A DNA stretch of 64,000 nucleotides from a virus, in the IMG/VR virus record IMGVR_UViG_3300006880_000001, positions 65,360 to 129,359 of that record. The stretch is one strand, 5' to 3'. Below, piece by piece: positions 9,174 through 18,704 of this stretch (position 1 is the stretch's first letter; every line of letters begins with the position of its first letter). Both the position numbers and the translations under genes were made by a program. The notes beneath the pieces are model-generated. The model did no database searches. It was given only the letters and a program-made list of their open reading frames with translations, and had not been told where the DNA came from.

Positions 9174-9617
9174 ATGGCCGTCACTGTCACCATGCCGCTC
9201 ACGGAGCTCGACGAGCTTCGAAACTCGCTCCGCACTGCCAACGAGGCCGTGGCCGCCCTCCAACAGCAGATCCGGACGCTCAAGGAAGACGGCATCCCCA
9301 TCGAGGCCGCGATCCTCGTCGAGGGCCTCCGAGCCGCGCACATCGTGATCTGCTACGCGATCGCCAACCTCGACCCGGAGTTCGCGCGCCGCTGGCCCGA
9401 GGGCGCCCTGGCGACGTACATGCGCGCCTACGAGACGATGCCCGAGGCCGATCGGGAGTGGATCATCGACACCAAGAACTTCCTCGAGCGGATCACCGAG
9501 TACGAAGTACGGCGCCGCGCGACCGACCGATGGACGGCAGCGCCGGCACGGCACTCTGGTGGCTTCGGGATCGAAGGTGCTCCCGACGTGGACCCCGACG
9601 ACCCGCAAGCCGCCTGA
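9174..9617 (+). CDS. Hypothetical protein with N-terminal coiled coil
   Basis: 147 aa, co-oriented, RBS-like AAGGA. Confidence 0.55.
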   Translation: MAVTVTMPLTELDELRNSLRTANEAVAALQQQIRTLKEDGIPIEAAILVEGLRAAHIVICYAIANLDPEFARRWPEGALATYMRAYETMPEADREWIIDTKNFLERITEYEVRRRATDRWTAAPARHSGGFGIEGAPDVDPDDPQAA

Positions 9618-9625
9618 CCCAAACG

Positions 9626-9646
9626 GTCACCGCGGCGTGGTAGTGG
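9626..9646 (+). promoter_or_regulatory. GTCACC-N6-TGnTA promoter-like motif
   Basis: GTCACC GCGGCG TGG TAGTGG; GTG start 6 nt later. Confidence 0.65.
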
Positions 9647-9652
9647 TGTCCA

Positions 9653-10921
9653 GTGAACCTGGACGACCTGGACGACGTGGACGACGACCTCGGTGACGAT
9701 CCTGCGATCGACGTCACCCTGACCCCTGATCAGCGCCAAGCACTGGACCAGATCATGTCGTGGCTGGGGCGCGACGGGCAGCAGACGCTGGCGCTGACCG
9801 GCCCCGCCGGGTCGGGCAAGTCGACGCTCCTGAAGGCGCTACAGCACCAGCTCCAACGCCGAGGCCGTGATGCCACCTGGTGCGCGACGACGGGCAAGGC
9901 GGCCGTGCGACTGGCGCGCGTCACCGGCCAGGCTGCGACACTCCACAGCACCCTCTATGGCCCTCCCAAAGAGGTCAAGGGCAAGCTGCGGTTCGACGAC
10001 CTCAAGCCAGAACCGGACACGGACGTCGTCGTCATCGACGAGGCTTCGATGCTGACGCCGACCCTCTTCCACGACGTCCAGACGTGGTCGCAGCACCTCC
10101 TCTTCGTCGGGGACGGCATGCAGTTGCCGCCAGTACTCGACCCCGACGACGAATCGAAGCACGGCAAGACCTACAGCGTGTTCGATCACGTGACGGGCCC
10201 CGAGCTGACCACGATCGTCCGTTCGAACGACGAGGTCATCGACATCGCCACCGAGCTCCGCACGAAGCACAAGATCCCTCGCAAGGCGGTCACGACCGTC
10301 CGGGACCCGATGACCGCGGCGGTCGAGGCCTACCTCGCCGACCCCGACGACCACATGCTCATCACCTGGCGCAACGAAGCCCGGATGGCGGCCAACCGCC
10401 TCGTCCGTCAACGTCGCGGCATCGAGGATCCGATGCTCCAGGCGGACGAGCCTTTCCTGGTCCGCAAGAACAGCCGCACGGCCATGAACGGTGACATCTT
10501 CACCGCGGAGCGCGTCCGCTCCGGGCCTCAACTGGGCCCCATCGCCACGCTCGAGGTGACCACAACCTGCGGGCGCCACCTGCTGGTCTACGCCGCCGGC
10601 TCCAAAGAGCCCATGGACGGCGCAATGCCGTTCCTCGGAGAGGAGGGCTTCCGCGACTACCTCTCCGGCAAGAAGCACGCGAAGGTCTACAACGACCCGG
10701 TCCCCGTCACGTACGGCTACTGCGGCACCTGCCATGTCTACCAGGGCAGTGAAGCCCGCCGCGTGTCGATCTTCCTGACCGGGCGCGACGCCGGCAACCG
10801 CGCGTTCGTCGAGAAGGTCCCCCTCCCGCGTCGTGCCGGCATGGTCGAGTTCTCGATCCGCTGGCTCTACACCGCCGTCACGCGCGCCAAGGAAAAGGCC
10901 ACCCTCTTCTACGACGCCTGA
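9653..10921 (+). CDS. Dda/RecD-like SF1B DNA helicase
   Basis: LTPDQ, GPAGSGKST, IDEASM, VGDGMQLPPV, YCGTCHVYQGSE, WLYTAVTRAK. Confidence 0.9.
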   Translation: MNLDDLDDVDDDLGDDPAIDVTLTPDQRQALDQIMSWLGRDGQQTLALTGPAGSGKSTLLKALQHQLQRRGRDATWCATTGKAAVRLARVTGQAATLHSTLYGPPKEVKGKLRFDDLKPEPDTDVVVIDEASMLTPTLFHDVQTWSQHLLFVGDGMQLPPVLDPDDESKHGKTYSVFDHVTGPELTTIVRSNDEVIDIATELRTKHKIPRKAVTTVRDPMTAAVEAYLADPDDHMLITWRNEARMAANRLVRQRRGIEDPMLQADEPFLVRKNSRTAMNGDIFTAERVRSGPQLGPIATLEVTTTCGRHLLVYAAGSKEPMDGAMPFLGEEGFRDYLSGKKHAKVYNDPVPVTYGYCGTCHVYQGSEARRVSIFLTGRDAGNRAFVEKVPLPRRAGMVEFSIRWLYTAVTRAKEKATLFYDA

Positions 10922-10922
10922 T

Positions 10923-11279
10923 ATGAACATCGAGGTCAGACGCCACACGCCGCGTCCTACGCCCCCACCGTGGCGGTCCATCGCCATCCTGATCCGCACC
11001 ACCCCCGTTGACAGCACCGAAGCCGTCAACGAGCGCAAGAAGGTGCTCGTCGCCATCCTTCGCGAAGAGCTTCGTCTCAAGCCCCACCAACTCCGCGTCG
11101 CCTTTCGCTTCCGGTACGGCTACGCCATTCACATCCACGTGTACCGCGGCGAGGGGTCGGACGCCGACCACCGGCTATACCAAGCGTGGGAGACGACCGT
11201 CCATCGCTGGGCATACGCGTCGGAGGCTCAGCTACTGGCCCGCTTCCGCCGCGTCAAGGACAAGATCGACCATGGCTAA
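10923..11279 (+). CDS. Hypothetical protein
   Basis: ATG 2 nt after the helicase stop. Confidence 0.5.
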   Translation: MNIEVRRHTPRPTPPPWRSIAILIRTTPVDSTEAVNERKKVLVAILREELRLKPHQLRVAFRFRYGYAIHIHVYRGEGSDADHRLYQAWETTVHRWAYASEAQLLARFRRVKDKIDHG

Positions 11280-11691
11280 CGACTTCAACACCTGGGTGCT
11301 GATCCACATCGACGAAGCCGAGAACGAGGCGCCGCTCATCGTCGCGCACGCCCTCGATTACGACATCGTCACGCAAGGTCCCTCCATCCCCGAAGCCATG
11401 ATCGCGGTCTGCGAGGCCGTCCGCATGTTCGTCAGGGAGGCCGACGACGTACACGTCCGCGCCCCCCAAGACGACTGGGCCATCCTCCACCGGACCCTCG
11501 ACGGTTCACCCGTAAGCCCAGACGTCATCGCGGCGATCGATCCCTGGTCGATCGTCAGCGCCGCCTTCTACGTCTGGGGAGATCAGACGCTGTTCAACAT
11601 CGCAGGCACGGCCTTCGTCCGTCTCCAGGACACGAACAACGAGGAGGTCGAGGAGACCGATGAGACCCCGGAGGGGACCCTCCTTTCTTAA
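11272..11691 (+). CDS. HicB-like fold protein
   Basis: IVAHALDYDIVTQGPSIPEAMIAVCEAV resembles the HicB N-terminal motif. Confidence 0.5.
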   Translation: MANDFNTWVLIHIDEAENEAPLIVAHALDYDIVTQGPSIPEAMIAVCEAVRMFVREADDVHVRAPQDDWAILHRTLDGSPVSPDVIAAIDPWSIVSAAFYVWGDQTLFNIAGTAFVRLQDTNNEEVEETDETPEGTLLS

Positions 11692-11726
11692 CGCGTTCGC
11701 CGGCGGAGCTCTGGTACGCTGAGCGA

Positions 11727-12125
11727 ATGTCGACCAACCTTCCGCCGGAGCAGATCGTCATAGCGGCCCTGCACGACGTCATCTCGCGTGGATACGTTGT
11801 CGGCCCGAGCCAGACGTGGGGTGTTCGCCCCTCGTCCCATGGAACCTGGGCGCCTGACGGCGACCCGATCTGCGCGATCGGTGCGGTCCTCCTCGTGATG
11901 CAGCCCTGCACGGACATCGGGACCTGGGCCGAGACCGCGGCGGTCGCGCTGGGGACGTCGAAGGCGTGGACGAATGGGGTCTCCTGTGGATTCGAGGACA
12001 TGCACCCCTCGGTCCTGGGCCCATGCTCGGATGACAACGTGGCCGGGTACGAGTTCGGCCAGCGCCTGCGCAAGATGGTCCCGAGCCTGCTCCTCCGGTA
12101 TCGACAGACGGTCACCCCGGTCTGA
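11727..12125 (+). CDS. Hypothetical protein
   Basis: TGG-TACGCT 6 nt before ATG. Confidence 0.6.
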   Translation: MSTNLPPEQIVIAALHDVISRGYVVGPSQTWGVRPSSHGTWAPDGDPICAIGAVLLVMQPCTDIGTWAETAAVALGTSKAWTNGVSCGFEDMHPSVLGPCSDDNVAGYEFGQRLRKMVPSLLLRYRQTVTPV

Positions 12126-12131
12126 TAGCTT
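12111..12131 (+). promoter_or_regulatory. GTCACC-N6-TGnTA promoter-like motif
   Basis: GTCACC CCGGTC TGA TAGCTT; ATG 12138 6 nt later. Confidence 0.7.
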
Positions 12132-12137
12132 CTGGGC

Positions 12138-12653
12138 ATGCCACGTGGGCGGTTCGCACCGGACGAGAGCGGGCACCTGTACGGTCGCCTTACCGTCATC
12201 GCCAGAGAGCCGAATCGCGGCAGCTACGCGACCTGGCGCTGTCGTTGCGTGTGCGGCAACGAGGTCGTCGTGACGGCGACCATGCTGCGTTCTGGCAATA
12301 CGACTTCGTGCGGCTGCCTGCGGACCGAGAAGACTGTTGCGCGGAGCTTCCGCCACGGAGCCGCTCGCCGTAGGAGGATCTGGCCAGAGTACTACGTCTG
12401 GGCCGAGATGGTGCAGCGTTGTACGAACACCGCGCATCCCCAATACCGCGACTACGGTGGTCGAGGTGTAGCGGTGGAGTTCCGATCGTTCGACGAATTC
12501 ATAGAAGAAGTTGGACGGCGCCCGTCGCCAGACCTGACGATCGATCGGATTGACAACGATCGTGGCTACGCGCCAGGGAACGTCAGATGGGCCACGTACA
12601 CGGAGCAACGCCTGAACCAACGGCGCATGAAGCCCTCCAAGGGAGGTATTTGA
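12138..12653 (+). CDS. Phage HNH-family homing endonuclease
   Basis: YGRLTV, WRCRCVCG, SCGC, YGGRGV, TIDRIDNDRGYAPGNVRWAT; paralogous to 49958-50479. Confidence 0.85.
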   Translation: MPRGRFAPDESGHLYGRLTVIAREPNRGSYATWRCRCVCGNEVVVTATMLRSGNTTSCGCLRTEKTVARSFRHGAARRRRIWPEYYVWAEMVQRCTNTAHPQYRDYGGRGVAVEFRSFDEFIEEVGRRPSPDLTIDRIDNDRGYAPGNVRWATYTEQRLNQRRMKPSKGGI

Positions 12654-12655
12654 CG

Positions 12656-12964
12656 GTGGCTAACGAGTTGAAATTATATAACATTGTGGTAGGATACGAA
12701 TGTTGGGTCCTGGCCGCGTCGCAAGATGCCGCCTTCGAGGTGGCGGATGCCGTCTTGCAGGACGGGCAGGCGTCGATCGTCGACCGTGTCTGCTACGACG
12801 TCCGCAACGCCAAGGACATCCGTCCCAGTCTCGACGGTCAGCTTCCGTGGTATGACGAGGGGGAGGCAGAGCAGCTGGCGCAGCTGGGTGTCGACCTCGA
12901 CCACGACGACATCAAGACGGCCTTCGCGAAGGTCGCCAAACCGAATCGGGAGAAGCAGAGATGA
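12656..12964 (+). CDS. Hypothetical protein
   Basis: GGAGG RBS before GTG; AT-rich 5' end. Confidence 0.55.
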   Translation: MANELKLYNIVVGYECWVLAASQDAAFEVADAVLQDGQASIVDRVCYDVRNAKDIRPSLDGQLPWYDEGEAEQLAQLGVDLDHDDIKTAFAKVAKPNREKQR

Positions 12965-13725
12965 GCAGGAAGAAGCACCCGCGTTCCGACGACCGGCTGC
13001 CCGCCCGCGAGCAGCTCGACCTGATGTCCGCGCCGGCGCAGCTACCATCGCCGGGCGAGGTCCTGGACGCTGCCTTCCCTCACCTCACCGCAGCGGGGCC
13101 GGCGGTCGAGGTCGAAGTCGAGGACGTCGTCTACGCTGATCCAGTGCAGCCGCACGCCCCAGCGACGATGATGATCCTCGGCCCCGACGGCAACCCACAG
13201 GAGATCGCCTACACCAACATCGACCCAGCCACGGCGGCCGTGGCGAACTTCACGGCGGCGGGGGTGGGCTACACCCCGACCGAGGTCAAGCCACAAACCT
13301 TCGAGGCGGTGCTCGCGTTCGGAGACATCCCCGACGCGCCGCGCACCGAGGCGGACGAGCTCCGTCTGCAGATCGCGCGGCTCGAGGCCAAGATCGCCGG
13401 CCACGAGCTCCTCGAGCAAGAGTCGCGCCGCCTTCGCGACATGATCCGCGAACTTCAAGAACGCGACATCGCCACGACCAAGGCCAGCTTCGATCGCGAG
13501 AAGCGCCTCCTCGACCTCGAGATGCATCGAGCGACCCTCGAAGACGCCCGTATCTGGCAGATCATGCCGAGCCGAAGCGCGACCCAGAACGGTTGTCCGC
13601 CGAAGATCTACGTCGTGGCGCGCCACCCCGGCGAGGCGGTCCAGAAGGCACTCGACGCCAAGCACGTCTTCAACGCCGCGGACGTCGAGAACGTCACCGT
13701 CCTGGGCGGGCCCGCAGTCGTCTGA
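12961..13725 (+). CDS. Hypothetical coiled-coil protein
   Basis: 254 aa; ATGA overlap. Confidence 0.6.
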   Translation: MSRKKHPRSDDRLPAREQLDLMSAPAQLPSPGEVLDAAFPHLTAAGPAVEVEVEDVVYADPVQPHAPATMMILGPDGNPQEIAYTNIDPATAAVANFTAAGVGYTPTEVKPQTFEAVLAFGDIPDAPRTEADELRLQIARLEAKIAGHELLEQESRRLRDMIRELQERDIATTKASFDREKRLLDLEMHRATLEDARIWQIMPSRSATQNGCPPKIYVVARHPGEAVQKALDAKHVFNAADVENVTVLGGPAVV

Positions 13726-13735
13726 CCCCCTTCAC

Positions 13736-13856
13736 GGGGAGGTAGCTCAGAGAGCCGTCATCGTGGCCGTGCGTACGACGCGCAAACACACGGCGTCCTG
13801 GAGCACCAGCTTGCTAAGCTGACCGACGGCGGGTCCCAACAGGCCGCCCCTCCCCT
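13736..13856 (+). ncRNA. tRNA-like RNA (GCU anticodon) with a large D-loop insertion and non-canonical T loop
   Basis: GGGGAGG/CCTCCCC acceptor, TA, GCTC...GAGC, CCAGC-TTGCTAA-GCTGA, GGCGG-11nt-CCGCC; occupies an intergenic gap. Confidence 0.55.
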
Positions 13857-13872
13857 CCTTTCGAGGTCGCTA

Positions 13873-14211
13873 ATGGACAAGGTGAAGCAAGCCCTCGCGG
13901 GCTTCGAGTGGTCCCGTCCTGGCCGTCGCGCAGCGGCGCTCTCGGCGCTGTGGATCGCAGCCACGGGTCGATCGGCGGACGCCAAGGGCATCGGCTGCAG
14001 CGAGGAGGCCCTGGCCGTCTACCGGTTGGTGCCTTCGGAGCAACGCGCGGCGACCCGAACTGCCATCGATCGCGCGATCGACTGTGAACCCCACCGCGAG
14101 ACCCGCGAGACGATGATCCGCATGCGGGACGCCCTCCTCCTACTCGAGGAGCGTGCGGTCGCGCCGGTCCGTCGGCGCCTACCGGATCGCCGCCGTCGCG
14201 AGCTCCGCTGA
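13873..14211 (+). CDS. Hypothetical protein
   Basis: GAGGT RBS; 112 aa. Confidence 0.5.
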   Translation: MDKVKQALAGFEWSRPGRRAAALSALWIAATGRSADAKGIGCSEEALAVYRLVPSEQRAATRTAIDRAIDCEPHRETRETMIRMRDALLLLEERAVAPVRRRLPDRRRRELR

Positions 14212-15294
14212 GCGGAGCCGGTCCGCGATCGGGCGGAGGACCGCGTCGTCCTCACTGAACGGGAGGGCGTCGAGGGGTACGTACCGCGGTGGGCCGATCC
14301 GCGTCAGGAAGTCGAAGAAGTCGTTGGTCGCCGCTGCCTGCTCCTCGTGTGGATGCGGCGTCGCGTGCTTCGGCCCCTGGAAGGTGTACGAGTATGGCGG
14401 CTGGCCGGCGAAGAACATGTCGATCGGCACACAGAGGTCGTTTTCCTCCGCGACCGTCACGTTGTTCGTGTTGCCGAACTCGACGGCGACCGGCAGCCCC
14501 AGATGATACCCCCACCAATAGATGTACAGACTGCACTGCGCCGCGCAGACCTGGATGAACGACGGGTTCACGGCCGGACCCCAGCGCCGTGAGGGTAGGG
14601 TCCGTGCGGCCTGGCGTGCCCGCTCGACGGCATCCACCATCTGCTGCGGAACGAGACGGATGTCGCGGTAGATCTCGAGGTGGCGGCGCTCGCTCTTGAC
14701 CGCGTGCTGCTCCTGCACGCGCTCCATCCGACGCTCCTTCGCCGCCTGCGCCCGCTCCGCCGCGGCGCGGAGCTTGATCTCCGCCTCGATCTGCACGCGT
14801 TCCAGCCGGCGCTCGTGGGCCGCCTGAGCCCTCTCGGTTGCGGTCCGCAACCTGAGCTCCGCCTCCGCCTCCATGCGCTTGATGCGGAGCTCCTCGCGGA
14901 GGAGGATGACCGCTTTCTGCGCCTCGACCTTGTCGATCGGAGGCGCCGCCACCGCTGCTTTCCTCCCCGCGCGTTGCTTCGCGAGGTGCGGGTTGGGGGC
15001 CGGCGGCACGATCCCGTTGTCGCGGTACCAGACGACCCGCGTGATGGCTGCGGCCTCCGCTGTGGTCTGGTCGGGGAGCCACTTCCGCACACCCGGAGAT
15101 GGGCGCACGCACGCGCGGAAGCCCTGGCGGCGTTGGTACACGTCTCGGTACCCGGTCGGGGACCCCGGGTCCCGTTCTGGGACCGGGATCTGGTCCCACG
15201 CGAGTAGCCCTCCGGTGCGTGTTCCTCGGGTCTGATCCAGCATAGGATCAGCGTTGTGGTCGGATCCGTGATCACGGTCCTTGGTCGACATCAT
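14179..15294 (-). CDS. AP2-like DNA-binding domain protein with coiled coil
   Basis: TGYRDVYQRRQGFRACVR...WLPD..TAEAAAITR resembles AP2; GAGGGGAG RBS before the MM start. Confidence 0.55.
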   Translation of the reverse strand: MMSTKDRDHGSDHNADPMLDQTRGTRTGGLLAWDQIPVPERDPGSPTGYRDVYQRRQGFRACVRPSPGVRKWLPDQTTAEAAAITRVVWYRDNGIVPPAPNPHLAKQRAGRKAAVAAPPIDKVEAQKAVILLREELRIKRMEAEAELRLRTATERAQAAHERRLERVQIEAEIKLRAAAERAQAAKERRMERVQEQHAVKSERRHLEIYRDIRLVPQQMVDAVERARQAARTLPSRRWGPAVNPSFIQVCAAQCSLYIYWWGYHLGLPVAVEFGNTNNVTVAEENDLCVPIDMFFAGQPPYSYTFQGPKHATPHPHEEQAAATNDFFDFLTRIGPPRYVPLDALPFSEDDAVLRPIADRLRSAELATAAIR

Positions 15295-15493
15295 CTCCCC
15301 TCTGTTGGTAGTACCACGCGGCGCGTGCAATGGCCGCGAGGTCCGCGTCATCCTCGTCGGGGAGCCACATGCGGCGCCCCTCCGGCGTGCGGACGCTCGC
15401 CCGGAACTTGGCTCCGTGTCGGTGGACGTCCCGGTACCCGGACGGCATCTCCGGGTCATGTTCCAGATCCCATGGCGGCAGCGGCCGTAGCAT
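15272..15493 (-). CDS. Stand-alone AP2-like domain, paralogue of the downstream gene's N-terminus
   Basis: SGYRDVHRHGAKFRASVR...WLPD..DADLAAIARAAWY aligns by eye with 14179-15294. Confidence 0.5.
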   Translation of the reverse strand: MLRPLPPWDLEHDPEMPSGYRDVHRHGAKFRASVRTPEGRRMWLPDEDDADLAAIARAAWYYQQRGDDVDQGP

Positions 15494-15848
15494 CTGGATC
15501 AACCTACCACAGGGGGGTGACCGTCCGGCGGAGCAGCCTCCGGCCTCCAACGACCCTCTTCCTCTCCGTCTTTCTACTGTATCTACTATTACTTCTACTA
15601 GTAGGTAATGTAAGATCACTACAGAGACAAGTAGACGAAGGATCCGGCAAGAGTCCTACGGCCCCAAAACCAAAAACCAGCAGAACCGGAGACGGAACCT
15701 GAGGCCGATCCCAAGAACGAGAATGGGATCCCCCAAAGAATCAGGCCGGCTCCCGGCCGTTTTGCGGTTTCACCCTGCGGGCTACAATGGGAGGTGACCG
15801 CGTCGTCTACCAGATGGGACTGGCGTCACAGCGACGCCGCCTAACCCA

Positions 15849-16709
15849 TCATCGCCTCGTGCGACGTCCTGGGATCGACCTCCGCCGCCACCAGACAGCG
15901 GCGGCTGGCAGCCCCAGCGCCGCAACCGCGGCCCAGATGACCCCCTCCGCGCGCCACCACGGCGCCGAGGGAGGCGCCGGCGCGCCTGCGCGCTGCGCGG
16001 CGGCGGCTGCCGCCTGCGCGGCCTGGGTGGCCGTCAGGAGCTCGGCGGCGACCTGCGCCGACGCGACCCCGCCTCCGAGGCTTGCCACCGCCGCCTTCGC
16101 GGACGCCAGCGCCACCACCGCGCGCTGGCGCTCCAGCGTCGTGGGCGCGACGCCGTACCAGGCCACCTGAGGGAGCCACTCCTCGAAGACGCGCAACGCC
16201 TCGAGCAGGTAGTCCCGGTCGAGCAGCAACCACGGGGCTGCCTTCGGCTTGTCGGCGAACGAGGCGATTGCGTTCAGCGCGTCCACGACCTCCACCGGAG
16301 CCGGTCCCTTGGTCGGCCGGGCGGTGCGACCGGCGTACGACTCGGCCACCACGACGCGGTAGACGCGGCCGGCGATGACGTCGGCGAGAGCGCGGGTGAT
16401 GCTGAGGTAGTGGTTGCCGGGAAAGGTGAGGTCTGGAGATCCGCGGCGGACGACGAGGGCGACCCAGGCGCGGCGCTCTTCGCTGAACCGGATGCCGAGG
16501 GGGACCGCACCGGAGCTGAGGACGCCTCCGTACCAGAGTGGGTCGTTGGCGGTCGGGCCGCCTGCGGCGACCACACGGCTGACGATAGCACGGTCGTCGT
16601 TCGAGGTGTTGTAATAGCGGTCGCGGTACTTCGACCAACTCGGGTCCCGACCCTGATAGAGCCGCTGCAGCCACGTGAGGTCGGCGTAGAAGCCGCTGTA
16701 GATCGCCAT
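15849..16709 (-). CDS. Putative virion membrane protein (C-terminal TM plus basic tail)
   Basis: Ends PWWRAEGVIWAAVAALGLPAAAVWWRRRS...; TGA-CAGAAT 6 nt before ATG. Confidence 0.6.
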   Translation of the reverse strand: MAIYSGFYADLTWLQRLYQGRDPSWSKYRDRYYNTSNDDRAIVSRVVAAGGPTANDPLWYGGVLSSGAVPLGIRFSEERRAWVALVVRRGSPDLTFPGNHYLSITRALADVIAGRVYRVVVAESYAGRTARPTKGPAPVEVVDALNAIASFADKPKAAPWLLLDRDYLLEALRVFEEWLPQVAWYGVAPTTLERQRAVVALASAKAAVASLGGGVASAQVAAELLTATQAAQAAAAAAQRAGAPAPPSAPWWRAEGVIWAAVAALGLPAAAVWWRRRSIPGRRTRR

Positions 16710-16720
16710 GCCCCGATTCT

Positions 16721-16741
16721 GTCACCCCGTGGTGCTAGAAG
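16721..16741 (+). promoter_or_regulatory. GTCACC-N6-TGnTA motif upstream of the vWA/Ubl operon, possibly bidirectional
   Basis: GTCACC CCGTGG TGC TAGAAG; the reverse strand reads AGCACC ACGGGG TGA CAGAAT N6 ATG (16709). Confidence 0.55.
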
Positions 16742-16814
16742 GGAACGCTGATGATCGACGACGCCAAGTAGACCTTGCCCACGAGTAGGAACTCGTGATA
16801 GCCATGAGGCCGAT

Positions 16815-18695
16815 ATGACCACTGCCCGCGAGAACCTCGGTCCCGCCGAGACCATCATTCAGGCACTACTCGCGTACACGGACCACCTGGTGCACAACCG
16901 CCCCGGCATCGTCACGCCGGATCGGACGGTGACCATTGGCCTTCGCTGGGAACCCGTGACCCACAAGGTGGAGCAGGACCAGAAGGTCGTCTACCGGCTG
17001 ACCAAGGTCGGCAAGAAGACGCAGCGGGTCCGCGTTGGGGCCCTGCGGCCCGACAAGAAGGTGGTCGAGGCCGGGCGGGAGGTTGCCGAGTACCGTGACA
17101 GCGGCCTCTTCCCCGAGGTGGCGACCTGGTTCTACCAGCAGGTCGCCAATGTCTGGCGCCTCGACAACGAGTTCGCCGCGCGGTGGGCGTCGTACGCCTA
17201 CGGCCAGGAGCACCGTGACCTGAAGTGCGTCCTCGCGGCTTTCATGCTCGTCCAGACCCGCAAGGGCGACCCGATCGTCGAAGGTGGAGAGGTCCTCTTC
17301 CACGACGAAGACTTCCGCGACGTCGGCGAGGCCATGATGCTCCTCCACAAGAAGGGGGACGACAAGGGCCTGAACCCGAAGCTGCTACTCCGGATCTACG
17401 ACATCCTGACGCTGCCGGCGGTCGCGGCCATCAACCACGACCTCGGCTTCGGGCAGTCGACGCGTCATCCATTCCTCGGCCGCTGGCCGCGGGTGGTGGA
17501 GAAGTGGCTCCGCCACCGCGAGGAGAACCCGAAGTTGCTCGAGGGTCTCATCAAGGCCGGGTTCCGCACGGCGGTCATGGAGCTCGCGCGGCGCGTCGGC
17601 TACAAGCCGACCTCCACCCGCTTCTTCGAAGTCCTGCGCTGGAAGCAGGTCCAGGCCGACGACGGTCGGCGGGAGCTCGCCATCGGGCAGGCTACCGCGG
17701 CCGCGGAGAGCTGGGCAGGCCTCTCCGAGGAGCAGATCTGCCAGGCGATCGTCGCCGCCCGCTACGACTGGAAGCGGATCGTCAGCCTCCTGCCGAAGAC
17801 CGTCGGCGTCACGCGTGCGGTGATCGCCGCGGCGATGGAGTCCGGCGGCCTCTCGAACAAGGATCTCGTCATCCTGACGCCCACGCTCGAAGAGCTCGGC
17901 CTGCTCGACGTCGGATCGATCAAGGATCGCTGGTCCGCTGCGCTCAAGGCGGCTGACGACATGCGCGCCAGCAACGTCGCCCGCAACGTTCGCAACAAGG
18001 AGACCAAGGAGAAGCTCGAGGAGGCCGCCGACGGCGCGCTGCAGAAGCAGGTCGAGGCGGTGACCCGCCAGCTGCGGGTCTACTTCATGGTCGACATCTC
18101 GGGATCCATGGAGAGCAGCATCGCCACGGCCAAGGAGTACCTCGCCAAGTTCATCCAGGGATTCCCGTCGGACCAGGTCCACGTCGCGGTCTTCAACACC
18201 CAGGGCAAGGAGGTCGCCATCAAGCACCGTTCGGCCGCGGGGGTCGAGAATGCCTTCCGTGGCTACGTCGCCGGCGGTGGCACCGACTACGGCGCCGGCG
18301 TCCGCGCGCTACGTGACCGCAAGCCCAAGGCGGACGAGGACGTCCTCTTCATCTTCGTCGGCGACGAGGAGGCTGAGCCCTTCGCCTCGTCCGTGACGCT
18401 GTCGGGTCTCAACCCCATGGCCTTCGGCCTGCTCAAGGTTCGCCCGACGGGGGCCGGGTTCCGGGGGGTCCAGGATCACAACGCCGCCGTGCGCGAGACG
18501 GCGCGGCAGCTCAAGATTCCGTGTTTCCCGATCGAGGAGGCGATCTTCGCCGACCCCTACGCGATTCCGCGCACCATCCGCGCGCTGATCGCGGCGACGC
18601 CGATCACGCAGACGACGACGACGGTCACGCCGCGCAAGACCCTGATCGACCAGATCCTCAAGACCGAGCTCCTGACGAAGCCGACCTGGGCCTGA
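16815..18695 (+). CDS. vWA-domain protein with TROVE/Ro60-like helical N-terminal region
   Basis: vWA MIDAS is clear (VDISGSM, FNT, GGGTDYG, FVGDEE). TROVE-like resemblance (FAARWASYAY, VEKW, MELARRVGYKP) is weaker. Confidence 0.7.
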   Translation: MTTARENLGPAETIIQALLAYTDHLVHNRPGIVTPDRTVTIGLRWEPVTHKVEQDQKVVYRLTKVGKKTQRVRVGALRPDKKVVEAGREVAEYRDSGLFPEVATWFYQQVANVWRLDNEFAARWASYAYGQEHRDLKCVLAAFMLVQTRKGDPIVEGGEVLFHDEDFRDVGEAMMLLHKKGDDKGLNPKLLLRIYDILTLPAVAAINHDLGFGQSTRHPFLGRWPRVVEKWLRHREENPKLLEGLIKAGFRTAVMELARRVGYKPTSTRFFEVLRWKQVQADDGRRELAIGQATAAAESWAGLSEEQICQAIVAARYDWKRIVSLLPKTVGVTRAVIAAAMESGGLSNKDLVILTPTLEELGLLDVGSIKDRWSAALKAADDMRASNVARNVRNKETKEKLEEAADGALQKQVEAVTRQLRVYFMVDISGSMESSIATAKEYLAKFIQGFPSDQVHVAVFNTQGKEVAIKHRSAAGVENAFRGYVAGGGTDYGAGVRALRDRKPKADEDVLFIFVGDEEAEPFASSVTLSGLNPMAFGLLKVRPTGAGFRGVQDHNAAVRETARQLKIPCFPIEEAIFADPYAIPRTIRALIAATPITQTTTTVTPRKTLIDQILKTELLTKPTWA

Positions 18696-18704
18696 GGGGG
18701 CATC

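Noticed and set aside
9626-9646. GTCACC motif as a sigma54 -24/-12 promoter
   Set aside because: Spacing does not fit GG-N10-GC, and the distance to start codons fits a sigma70-type -10.
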